A stretch of 64,000 nt of DNA from NCBI RefSeq assembly GCF_000981445.1, contig NC_027217.1, positions 1-64,000 of the forward strand, written 5' to 3'. Made by a program: the position numbers and the translations under genes. The notes under the pieces are model-generated. The model worked only from the letters and a program-made list of their open reading frames with translations. It had not been told where the DNA came from and did no database searches. Positions 53,438 through 64,000 of this stretch are shown here, piece after piece; position 1 is the first letter of the stretch, and each line of letters begins with the position of its first letter. This stretch comes from Babesia bigemina (Eukaryota).

Positions 53438-56400
53438 TCACAGCCTATCACACGGTGACTGAGATTGATCTGAATTTAATGAATGATTCGATAGGCCAAG
53501 TTGGTGGCAGTGGCCATGTAACTTGGTGAGGCAATTGAGGTAGGCAGACAATGTCAGCAAGGGGTCACTACCGCCGCAGCTGGGAGTGAGGATGGAGGAA
53601 ATGACACTGCCCTGCTTCGATATCTTAGGCAGATCCCCTTTCCTTAATCCCATCCTGACTCTGCTCTTGTGGCACAGGTTGCACGGGTCGAAGGGGTGAG
53701 TTTTGAAGGTGGAGTCCCAGCCGTCAGTCAGGAACGCCTGGAGGGGGGAGTCAGAGGGGGAAACCGCATTTCCATACTTATGACTCTGCCACCCGCCACT
53801 TAGTTTGTCCCGATTACACTGCGCCTTCAGGAACTGCAACTGGTGGTGGCAGGCGTAGGCGTAGTCACGCAGCTGGCAGAGGAGGCAGGCGGGGTCGGGG
53901 GAGTAACGAAACTGACTGTAAACTGATTCAAAGTCGACGGGAGGCAAGGCTTTGAAGTCATTGTTATGCCTAATCTTGTAGATAACGGTGGCTGAGTAGA
54001 GAGACGCTTCTGTCAGCTTATCGGCGACATGGGAACTGTTCAGGTTGTAAGGATCTCTGGTGACCTCGAGGGCATCTGGCATATCAAAGACATTCTTGTT
54101 AGCATTCTTTAGAAGGCACTCAACATACTCAGTAATCATCCCAATGAATCCATACGTATTCAATCCAACAAACCAGTAAAGCATTTCCCGAACGGTTCTG
54201 GGCGGGGGCAGATGGTCGGTGTCTGGGGAAGGGGAGGCAGGTGGAGGGGGTGTATCAGTTGAAGAAGTGTCGAAGGACCAAGGGTTTTGGCATTCATCTG
54301 TGCTAAATGGGTTAATAACGCGTTCATCTGCCTTCCTTGGAGAGTCACGCGGCATCCCGGGATCTTCATAGCCGTCAAGTCCGATACGTTCCGGCGCAAA
54401 GTCCAGATCAAAATTAGTCTGAAGGACGCCAGAAAAGCCTTTACCCTCTGCAGGTTTTAACTCGTCTTTAAGGATATCGGCCGTGTTGGCATAAGGGTCA
54501 TATAGGTCTATGTCATATGACGAATCCTGTAGTGGACGTTTCGGGACGTCGATTTGGATCTCGAATGGGATTTGATCGTTGCGTGGAGGGGCACTAGAGA
54601 TGTCAAACTGTGAATCATTGAACGCACGTATGCGATCAGCGTCTACTTGTGCAGCTTGCATTAATTCTTTTTGTTTGTCGTTTATGTGTTTCGATTCTTC
54701 TTTTAACGCCTGCATTTTACGTTCGCGTTGTTTATTTTCAGAATCGATTTGCATCTGAGCATTCTGCAGATTTTGAATATTCCGCTCCTGCCGTTTAATT
54801 AACTTATCGTCCTGTACTTCTTGTCCTTCTAGATGGTATCGGTCTCCCGCATTAACCCTTATGTCACTTGGAATCTGTGATGTGTCCACTTTTCCGTTGA
54901 CACCGACAACCGGTTGACCAGATGCACCTGTCATGCTCAACATGATATTATCGTCAAATGTGACAGTGTGTGGTGATTGGGTCAGAGAATTATCACGTCC
55001 AGTAGGCTTCGATGGTGGCGTAAAAGGTGACTTGCGAAAGTTAATTTTGGAATCAGGAATGTTGTGGCCTGTGGATTGCTGTATGGCAGAAGCCGTAAAA
55101 GCACTATCGTGGTCGAGTTGAACTGTCGGGATTTCAATTGACCGACCGGAGATATTCCGAGCTGTGATAGGTGGGACGAGAATATCGACGTTCTGAACAA
55201 TCGGTACTGATGATTTCCGAGATAAGAAAGGCGTTCTCGATGTCTCGTGACTCTGTCTATGTAAATTATCTCTATATTCCCTTACTTGTGTGTTCCAATT
55301 AACTTTCTCTTTCTGCATCTGTTTATAAAGCTCTGCCTGCTTCGCATCCCAGTCCCATTTTTCCATTGTTTGTTTGGCTAAAGAAAGTTTTTTTAATTTA
55401 GCTTCCTTCTCTTCATGTTCGAAATCAGGGACCGCACTGCCTCCAACAGATATCATAGGCAGATCGACAGGCTCAATATCCCCAACTCGCTCCCTGGAAC
55501 TTCTCTCCTGTGGAACATACTGCGGACTCTGGTTAGCAGGGATGCCACTGGGCGGCTGAGAAGAAAACGGGATCTGACCGGAAGGTGAGGGAGCAGGACG
55601 GCTGGGTTGACTTGGAAGGGCGGAGACTGTAGATGTTGGAGAATCACGACTAACGTTTTGCTGCTCTACTTGTTTTTGCTGCCGCAACCGTTTTTGTTGC
55701 AATCTTTTTTTGGCATCTGCATCTCTCACGTTTTCTTCTATGTAATCCACGTTTTGCTGCAGTTGAGTTTTCCAAATTGCTTCCGTAGTATCTTTCAATG
55801 TTTCTTCAACTTTCTCAGCGGCTCTATTCTTCAGTTCGTTTCGTTTTTTAATACGTTCAATGGCTTCTTGTGTTCTTATCTCAGACTGCAATTTATATTC
55901 TGCATATTTCTTGTCCTTTTCAATAAGTTTTTTCTCTTCGGCTTCCATTTTTAACATATGTATTCTATTATCCACGCCTGCCGTGATTTTGTCTTGCAGC
56001 TCTTTATGATACAAATTTTCCATTTCCTTATCATCGGCGTTCGTGGGGTCATCTACTGGACTGCCGGAAATTGGAGAATTCGGCAAGTCATGATACCACC
56101 ATGGCCACCATTGCCACTGTCGGTTTTCTGTAGGTCGAAATCCATCTACATAAGGCGGCGATACAATTGGTTTTTTTTTGAATACTTCCTGTCTTCGGCG
56201 TGCTTCCGTATCCCTTCTGCCTTTATCCAATACCTTTTGTATTCTGTCTACCTCTTCATCATATTTTTTCGCACGCTTACCTTCCCCCTCCCGCTCTATA
56301 TTCCACTTCGCATCTGCCTCCTTTTGTTTCTGGTCGAATTCATTTCTCAGATTAACCTCTTCTTCCATATCCTGTCGTTCCCGTGACTGACGTAACGCTT

Positions 56401-58753
56401 CATAGATTTTGTATTGTTGCGCCATACGATCTTTGGCGTCCCGCTGTTTATTATCGTAGTATGCTTGTACGGGCTTTCCGTCCATAAAAAATACAGGTGG
56501 ATCAACAACGGCATTATGATGTACACTCCCACTACCCTGCTTTTGTTGCCCTTCTCCTGTTTCATAGTACGGACGCCTATGACCATCACGGCTACCTGGA
56601 TACAGAGAGGAAGACCCTGGAGCAGGCCGACTGGGCTGATTTGGAAGGGTGGATGGAGTAATTCTGTGACGACTTTTAGATTTCTCAGAGGGTATAGGTA
56701 TAGTTATATTTTCATCTTTAAGCATTCCTCGCTGTTGGGCATTCCAGACATCGTCCCAATCGGGATTATAATAATTTGAAGTATAGTTATGAGGTTTTGG
56801 ATAACACGCTGGTTTGCCACCAATATCATACAATGATACCTGTTCACCTTCGCACGTAACTTTTTGGGGCAAATCATCATCTCCCTTCCCTCCACCCCCT
56901 CCAGCTCCACCGCCACCTGAACCGGAACTCGGCCCAGATACCGTGTTACTGTCAGTCGCACCTGACTGAGGTCCTCGACCACTTCCTTGAGCGGGGTCAG
57001 AAGTAGACCCCGGGCCACCCGGGCCCTGACCACTACCGGGACTAGGGGCACCAGATGCCTCAGAGTCTGGACTTGAGGCACTTGGATTCTGAGTTTGTAC
57101 CACCTCTGCAGCTGATAAATCAGGGGATGTTGCATTACTTTGACCTCCCTCTCCTTTCTTTCCCTGATTCTGTGCTCCCTCCCCTTTCTTGCCCTGGTTC
57201 TGTGCGCCCTCCGCTTTCTTGCCCTGGTTCTGTGCTCCCTCCGCTTTCTTGCCCTGGTTCTGTGCTCCCTCCCCTTTCTTGCCCTGGTTCTGTGCTCCCT
57301 CGGGTTTTGGGGCCGCTGGCTTTGCGGCCTCGGTTTTAGTTGCTTCGGTTTTGTCGTCAGGGAGATCCTCATTCTCAGATTCAGAATCAAGATAATCGTC
57401 AGACTCGTCCTCAGACTCAATCTCAGGCTCAAGTTCATCCCCATCCTCAAGTTGATCCTCATCCTCAGGCCCAATCTCAGCATTAGACTCGGGTTCAGTC
57501 TTAGGCTTATACTCCTTATCCTTTTTTCTATTTGTACACGCTGTACCATCCAATATTTTTTTAAATTCATCCAAACCGCCGCCAATATTCTTAAGATCAC
57601 CGATTACACTATCCCAAACCTTTTTCAGACTCTCATAAGGAGCGGTTCCCGTTTTAAAGGAGTTTGCATCAAATGTGAATCCATAGGGAAATAAATATTT
57701 GGTGAGATGTGCACCAAGTTCGGTGTAATATTCTGGAGGCACATTACGTTTCCTATGATTGTAATTTTTACTTGTAAAAGACTCAATTTTTGCCAATTGT
57801 TTTCTCACCTCATTTAAATTTGCTCTAAACCAACTCGCCATTCGTTTATCAATGTTTTTATCAAGGTATTTATATTGCCTCCCGTACCCTGTGAAGGAAA
57901 AGGCTCCACCGGTGAACAATTTGCCAAGAGACTCTTTAAGTGTGAAGCAATGCGATTTTAATTTATCCCATTCAATGCAATTACCCCTAGATTGTACGTG
58001 GCTTTTGAATTCATTCTCGTTTGTTTCTGGTCCAAATATTCCACAAAAATCTCTCACCAACCGAAGCGCGTTGGCAACGTTAGAGACATCAACTCCAGAC
58101 TTATTGGACAACACTGATGTGACGAATACATCACGAAAATACTGTCCATTTTGTTTTTCACAAATATTTTGGAGATCACCTGCCATAGCGCTACCCTGGC
58201 GGTAGCCACTTCGGAAATTTACCTCCTGTCCACCTATGTCAAACCCTCCGGGAATGACACCATATCGCGTCTCTGTAGCTGCTGCATAAAGATACTTATC
58301 CAGCTCACCGCCTCTAGTTGCCAAAACTCCACCCAGTGCACCGTACCCAAGCCAATAATCCTTCCACCCACCGCCGCCTATCGCTCCGAATTTATCGTCC
58401 ACTTGGTACCTCAAGAAATATATCACGGCGAGGAACTTTGGAATACACCGCAGGAGAGCATAGAGAGCATCTGTGGCCTTACCCGGATTATAGTCGCCTT
58501 GCCCCGCCTTTTTGCATAATTTTTCATGAAACGTGGATACCCTTCTAAGGAAAGTTGACAGCGCAACTTCAACATCGTTTGGATCAAAACTTATATATTT
58601 TTTTTCGAGCAGCTTTTTCAGACGACGGGTCACCCTGTATTGCATACCTTTTCCTTGTTTGTCAGTATGCAGCCAATATAGGAACTCCAAGCACTGCTTG
58701 AGGGTACTGAACTCGGGAATCATACGATCAACCGCCATCCTGTCCACTTCCAA
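53438..58753 (-). CDS. Atypical ves-related protein (1771 aa) with acidic tract, NQGKKAEGAQ repeats and low-complexity middle; apparently 3'-truncated, no TM
   Basis: N-terminal FSTLKQCLEFLYWL; C-terminal PRTVREMLYWFVGL, QLQFLKAQC, GWQSHKYG and SPLQAFLTD match the ves C-terminal domain of the other genes. Confidence 0.75.
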   Translation of the reverse strand: MEVDRMAVDRMIPEFSTLKQCLEFLYWLHTDKQGKGMQYRVTRRLKKLLEKKYISFDPNDVEVALSTFLRRVSTFHEKLCKKAGQGDYNPGKATDALYALLRCIPKFLAVIYFLRYQVDDKFGAIGGGGWKDYWLGYGALGGVLATRGGELDKYLYAAATETRYGVIPGGFDIGGQEVNFRSGYRQGSAMAGDLQNICEKQNGQYFRDVFVTSVLSNKSGVDVSNVANALRLVRDFCGIFGPETNENEFKSHVQSRGNCIEWDKLKSHCFTLKESLGKLFTGGAFSFTGYGRQYKYLDKNIDKRMASWFRANLNEVRKQLAKIESFTSKNYNHRKRNVPPEYYTELGAHLTKYLFPYGFTFDANSFKTGTAPYESLKKVWDSVIGDLKNIGGGLDEFKKILDGTACTNRKKDKEYKPKTEPESNAEIGPEDEDQLEDGDELEPEIESEDESDDYLDSESENEDLPDDKTEATKTEAAKPAAPKPEGAQNQGKKGEGAQNQGKKAEGAQNQGKKAEGAQNQGKKGEGAQNQGKKGEGGQSNATSPDLSAAEVVQTQNPSASSPDSEASGAPSPGSGQGPGGPGSTSDPAQGSGRGPQSGATDSNTVSGPSSGSGGGGAGGGGGKGDDDLPQKVTCEGEQVSLYDIGGKPACYPKPHNYTSNYYNPDWDDVWNAQQRGMLKDENITIPIPSEKSKSRHRITPSTLPNQPSRPAPGSSSLYPGSRDGHRRPYYETGEGQQKQGSGSVHHNAVVDPPVFFMDGKPVQAYYDNKQRDAKDRMAQQYKIYEALRQSRERQDMEEEVNLRNEFDQKQKEADAKWNIEREGEGKRAKKYDEEVDRIQKVLDKGRRDTEARRRQEVFKKKPIVSPPYVDGFRPTENRQWQWWPWWYHDLPNSPISGSPVDDPTNADDKEMENLYHKELQDKITAGVDNRIHMLKMEAEEKKLIEKDKKYAEYKLQSEIRTQEAIERIKKRNELKNRAAEKVEETLKDTTEAIWKTQLQQNVDYIEENVRDADAKKRLQQKRLRQQKQVEQQNVSRDSPTSTVSALPSQPSRPAPSPSGQIPFSSQPPSGIPANQSPQYVPQERSSRERVGDIEPVDLPMISVGGSAVPDFEHEEKEAKLKKLSLAKQTMEKWDWDAKQAELYKQMQKEKVNWNTQVREYRDNLHRQSHETSRTPFLSRKSSVPIVQNVDILVPPITARNISGRSIEIPTVQLDHDSAFTASAIQQSTGHNIPDSKINFRKSPFTPPSKPTGRDNSLTQSPHTVTFDDNIMLSMTGASGQPVVGVNGKVDTSQIPSDIRVNAGDRYHLEGQEVQDDKLIKRQERNIQNLQNAQMQIDSENKQRERKMQALKEESKHINDKQKELMQAAQVDADRIRAFNDSQFDISSAPPRNDQIPFEIQIDVPKRPLQDSSYDIDLYDPYANTADILKDELKPAEGKGFSGVLQTNFDLDFAPERIGLDGYEDPGMPRDSPRKADERVINPFSTDECQNPWSFDTSSTDTPPPPASPSPDTDHLPPPRTVREMLYWFVGLNTYGFIGMITEYVECLLKNANKNVFDMPDALEVTRDPYNLNSSHVADKLTEASLYSATVIYKIRHNNDFKALPPVDFESVYSQFRYSPDPACLLCQLRDYAYACHHQLQFLKAQCNRDKLSGGWQSHKYGNAVSPSDSPLQAFLTDGWDSTFKTHPFDPCNLCHKSRVRMGLRKGDLPKISKQGSVISSILTPSCGGSDPLLTLSAYLNCLTKLHGHCHQLGLSNHSLNSDQSQSPCDRL
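57146..57301 (-). repeat. 30-bp coding repeat, 5 copies, encoding EGAQNQGKK(A/G)
   Basis: Visible tandem units. Confidence 0.97.
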
Positions 58754-59231
58754 TCACCCACTAATTCACTGCTACAAATCACCACGTCAGAGGTCCAGGA
58801 CTATGTGAACTGGGATACACTTTATTGATCACCCCTTTAATCCACTCTCACAAAACACCACTGCTAGCCTCTATGACTACGTGAACTGGGAAACACTTGA
58901 GTGATCACACCTCCAAGGTGACGCCGCTTAATACAGCATGGCAGACAACTAAGGGCGCTGGGTGGAAAGGCTAGCAAGTGACTCGCTGATTAAATACAAT
59001 ACGCATCATACTAAGACAATGACACACCTAAACCATATTGCAAAATCAATGAACCATCACACGAATCCTATAGACATACCGATCACCTGAGGAGGGAAGG
59101 CGACAAGGCAAGGCAGCCATGCTGGAGTGAGAGGGTGGAGAGTGGTAGCAAGGTGGTGTTAACAGTAGGGATTGTGGGTGTAAATGGAGCAGTATAGACA
59201 GACATTTGGTTAAACGTTAGGTGAAGCAATA

Positions 59232-59383
59232 TGTCAGCGTTTAGGTCACTCACTAGGTCATTGTCTAGGTCACTCACTAGGTCAACGAGTGGGTCAGCCA
59301 CTACTTCAGCGTTTAGGTCAGTCAGTAGGTCAGGGTATAGGTCATTGTTTAGGTCACCCACTAAGTCACTGTTTAGGTCAGCC
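59232..59383 (-). repeat. Degenerate 12/24-bp TGACC-family array downstream of the minus-strand ves-like gene
   Basis: Reverse complement reads GACCTAGTGAGTGACCTAAACGCTGAC, matching variants at about 11408 and 25827. Confidence 0.7.
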
Positions 59384-59540
59384 ACTTGAACAGATTGTTC
59401 GTCAGTGTCATGGGTATACAAGAGATCACAGTGGCAGTGAGCGAAACCATCATACACAACCAGTCTACAACGCATCACAAGACACAATTAAACACTTCTA
59501 ATCACAGAACGTACAATGTGCAATGTAACTGCGATAATTA

Positions 59541-62500
59541 TTATTTTATGTTGAGCAGCTCGTTGGGGTCGTCGTCAAAGTAATTGGCGTCGTACAGTTA
59601 GCATTTTTCTGCTCGGGATGAGTAGCGTCTTGACGTCGATGAGATGTGATACCCTGTTGGTCAGGAGATGTGACCTGATGCGTAAGATGTCCATGCGGTA
59701 GAGGAAAGTGTGGACTATGTACAGCGCCACAACTGCCCACAGTGCGGTGAAGCTGTATAGGAACGGCATCCGTATGTGCCACATGAGTTGGTCGATTTGA
59801 TGAAACAATGCGGTGAAGTGGTCGGAGCGCAGTGTCTGTCTGAGTTGTGCGTTGAGATCTCCGCAGCGAGTGGCATAGTTGTCAGTAATTAGGAGATTTG
59901 CGTTGCGATGCGTGAATCCGTAGCGGTAGAGGGTGGGCAGTGACCCGGCGCACTGGACGAGAGATGGGCAGTGGCAGGCATCCTTCCCACCGTGGGTGCC
60001 GGGTTGGCACGGGCATGTGGCACAGCCAGACGCCATGCAGTCGATGTTGTCCAGGGCGTGTAGTAATTCACATAGCAACTCCCAGAACTTCCATGCCAGG
60101 TGCAGTATCCACGTGATGTATAGCCCGGCGTGCTTCTGCGGGTAGGTGTGATGGGCGTGGAGTCCTAGGGGTTGGAGGTAGGGAGCGCATCCACGGGATG
60201 ACTTGCAAGTGGACTCATGCGAGAGGCTCGACAGCGCATCATGGATTTTGTGATCATGGCCGGCGAGCGATGCGATGGCACGGGTGAGCTTGTGATTTTC
60301 GTAGCTACCATGGAGCTCTGTCCACAGTGGGAAGAGGCCGTCGATGCCGTCCGTGTTGAGATGCGATATGAAATCGGAGGCGTCAGTGTATGTGCCGCCA
60401 CGGTGCTTAACATGGTCATGACTGTCCCACTTCCGTAGCAGCTGAGCATACAATGCAAACACGTCGGCGAGTGATGAGGGTGCAGTGGGACACAGCAAGA
60501 ACACAGTACGGCACAGCACGAACAAACATGAGTCGGCGTCACGGCACATGTTGCCGAGGCGCTTGGCAGGATCCCAGCCGGTGCCACTTATGGAAGCGGC
60601 AAAGCCTATATCCCAGAAGCCGAGCGGAGTGAGGCACTGCTGGCCGGGTTGGTTGGCGGTGCAGTTGGCACATTCGATGGTGCCATCAGCAGCAGTTAGG
60701 GCATGCGGCAGGAGTCAGAGAGATATGACTGAAGCGGCGACGTGGGCGGGCAGCCTAAGTGGTGGTGGTGGAGGAAGTGGTAGTAGTACTGGTAGTAGTA
60801 GTTGTAGTATTAGTGAAGCCTCTCCCCAATGTATTACACTGCCAGTGGTGTGACTGCACCTGCCGGCCGTATGTGCACTCCCTCCACCCCTTTACCCGGG
60901 CGGTGCTGCGGCAGCACTGGGAGTACAGGAAGTAGAGCACTCTACATAGACGGCACGCTATCTCACGTAGCATATCAAGCAGTGCGACAGGGTCAACGTG
61001 GTAGTGGAGCCTGGCGCGGTTGTTGGAGAAGTCCACCGAATACGGGTAGGCTGCCAGGTCGAAGCCGTGGCCGTTGCCCTGGATAACGGTGAGCAGGGCA
61101 GTGGAGTTTGAACATGTTCTAGCGATGGTTAATGGTAGCTCACCAATGCACTTGGCCATGATGGGATCGTCCCTGTTGGGGGTGTCGCCATCGTGGCATC
61201 GGCGGTTGAGCAACGCCTTGCAGTGGCCAGGCAGCTTGTCTGCCACTTGTGTATACTGCAGCCCGGAGAGCCACGACAGCATGTCCCTGACTGTGCAGGG
61301 GTACCGTGGCTCAGGGGAAACATAGATGTGGCACACCTGGAAGTAGTGGCATAGGGTGTTGTAGAGCAGCGATATGATGTGGATCAAGTTAATTCCATTG
61401 TTGAGTGGTTCACCGTCAATCATCATCTCGATGGCCACGCCCTCTATCGGGGTGGTAAGTAGTTCGTAAATCCCACCGCCAGTAAACATGTGGTTCAACT
61501 CGGCGTCCTGCTCACTCCCGGAACTGCACACCCTGTACCCGCACCTCGTGAGGTAGTTGCCAAGGGGATTGTCCCTGTCGTCAGCAGTCAACTCACAAAT
61601 ATGAAACGATTTCCACTCACTCTCACATTTCGTCGCCAACTTGGTAAGCGCTGTGTACGTCGTAGGTATCAGGCTGAGTAACACCTTGGCGTACTTGTGG
61701 GCGTGCTCCTCCCTGCACCGCTGACCGGAGTAGGCTGAGATGTACGTGTTGTTAAACTCACAGGCAAATTTGGAAAGTCCGCGAGAGACAGTGTCCAGCA
61801 GCGGAGTGCACGGGTGCTTGAAGTCGGAGGGTACGAAATCACCCAGCGCCTTGGTCAGCCTCTCAACCAGCTCGGTGAGTTTGTCGGCACCGTCATCATT
61901 GTCTCTAAGGTAGGCGAGCAGCGCAGTCAACGCGTCATAAACATCTTTGAGCTTAGGCGTGTAGGGATCTTCGGTTGGTGGCAATGAGGGATTTCGCTCT
62001 CTGTTCTGCTCATCGTGCAGCCTGGTGAGCTCCCCTTTTACATACTTCTCCATTTGCTCGAAGACCTCCTGGAATGCGGATGACAATTCTGCGACGCTCT
62101 GTTCGTCACCTGTTAGATCGGAGCTCAGCGGTCCTTGCAAGTACTTCATGAACCCTTTATAGCCCATGTACCTATCTCTGTCTATCTCATTTGGCAGCTG
62201 CTCCAAATCCTCATCCACCTTCTTGGCAAACAATTCCAACGCCTCCCTCACCGAGTCCACGTACAGCGTGCGGGCCACCTTGGTGAGGTCCTTGATGGCA
62301 TCTTCCACCTCATCGTCGACGTGCGTTAAAAGGGCTGCGATGGTGTTCTTCTCTATCTCGTCGGCATCTCTGAGGAAGTTGTCGCATAACTTGATGGCCT
62401 CGGCAAGGTCGGTGAGTCGGAGGTTGGTGAGACCATCTTGTATGTCTTTGAGTTTGCCGTCGATATGTGGATCCTCCAGCTGACCCAGGTTCCAGCCGGC

Positions 62501-64000
62501 ATGGGCACCAGCTTTTTGGATGGCTAAGCTCATCTTATCCAAACTGTCAGTGATCCCTTTGCCCTGGTCGTTCTTGAGGGACTCCATTTCACGCTTAATC
62601 TTCTTAAGGCCTTCATCGTCGTTATTGCCGATCTGCTTTGTCATGAATTCCAAGTTCTTGATCACGCCTCTGTTTTCGGGATCGTCGCTGTCCGTGCCCT
62701 GCAACTCGGTTCGGAGACTCTGAAGTTCGTCAGTTATCTCCTTCATACCTGAGCTTATTATTTCGGGTTGGTCGGTCAATACACGTTGTTGCCTTTCAAG
62801 GTTACTCTCAATATGATCAAAACTCTTGGCATTATGGCCATTCCATTTGTCACCGCCACCTAACCCCTGTTGTATCACATCTCTCAACGGATTGGTAACA
62901 TGACCATCCAACTCACTTTGTAGCTTTCTAAGTCCGTTCGCAATTTCTCGTTCTGCTTGTCCAATTTTTTCGGGATTGCTTTTAAACGCATCTCCTTGCA
63001 TCCTACTAATCTCTCTTTGGATGCCTTGAAGACCCTCGCCATTACCATTTTCTTTCCCAATTTTCTCCTTCAGCTGACGTAAATATGACGTGATGGTATC
63101 ATAAGGCACTAATTCAGGACCTAAATTGTTTTGAACCTTTCTAAGCATATCTTCCGTCTCGCGGAGGACCCTATCTGTTGCTTGCTCAATTCTGTCACTT
63201 GCCTGTGACAACTTCGCATTCTGCCCTTGAATGTCTTGTTTAATTTGACCGAGACCAGGTTTACCATTCTGCCAATTGCTACCGTTTAAACCAAAGCTTA
63301 AGAAATCTTCTAAACTGTTTATCACGTCATCTTTTGGATTTCCGTTTCTGCTCTGCAACGCGGTTCTCAGCTCATCAAGCTGCTTGGTAATCAGGTTGAC
63401 GCCTGAATTTATTTGCTCGGGTTGTTTGGTCAACGATTCCTGTTGGGATTTAAGTTCCTCTTCGATTTGCTTAAGACCTTTTGTGTTTTTGTGTTTATTC
63501 CATTTGTTTTCACTTAAGCCAACGTCTCTCAAATCTCTCAACGTCACGATAACATCATTGTCCCTCTCACCTTCCAACACGCCCCGAAGCCTTTTAAGTT
63601 CTGATTCAATTGCTGTCTTAGCCTTGTCAACTGCGTCGGGTTTCTCAGTAAACGTTTCGCTTTGTAGCCGACGAATCTCATTTTGAATTTTAAGAAGATT
63701 TCCGTGTTTTGCGTCACGTATACCAATCTTTCTTCTTAACCAATCTAGTTGGTCGATGACATCGTCGGTTTCGTTTTTGTGATTCAACCTGATTCCGACC
63801 TGAAACAGTTCATACCTAATATCATCGATGGCTGCGTCAATGAGTTTCGTTTGCTTCGGCAATTCTTCATTCTGCTCTTGAAGGTGCTTTTGAATGCTAC
63901 CGAGACCACCAATATTTTGACCCTTAACTGTCGTCCAAAAAGCTTCACCATAGCCAAGACCAACAGACTTAATGTCAGTCAAAGTGTAGATGATATCTTT
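59541..64000 (-). pseudogene. ves-like gene of a different tail subtype (LYRMDILRIRSHLLTNRVSHLIDVK...YFDDDP), frameshifted three times, 5' end outside the window
   Basis: ORFs 60755-63982 and 59575-60549 are linked by GCPPTSPLQSYLSD and LPHALTAADGTIEC...CLTPLGF in other frames; the tail LYDANYFDDDPNELLNIK* lies in a further frame. Confidence 0.78.

Noticed and set aside
57211..57224. CCGCTTTCTTGCCC in the p180-like repeat matches the right TSD junction (4960-4973)
   Set aside because: Short match with no element sequence nearby and opposite coding sense; treated as coincidence

Overview
Eukaryotic parasite DNA, most consistent with a Babesia (piroplasm, probably B. ovata/B. bigemina-like; inference from protein motifs) variant-antigen (ves/VESA-like) cluster. 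Six large tandem + strand ves-like genes (two essentially identical) have broken or ATG-less 5' ends and are separated by an ordered module of 12-, 20- and 22-bp tandem arrays. Further right lie four small Cys-rich membrane-protein genes with reciprocally swapped tail cassettes and two minus-strand ves-like genes, one carrying the vertebrate RRBP1/p180 decapeptide repeat. The headline is an intact, full-length non-LTR retrotransposon (RT + CCHC + restriction-like endonuclease, 631-4961). It sits antisense in the first codons of a ves gene, flanked by an 11-bp target-site duplication, in a lineage generally described as lacking transposable elements. All family assignments come from motif recognition; no searches were run.
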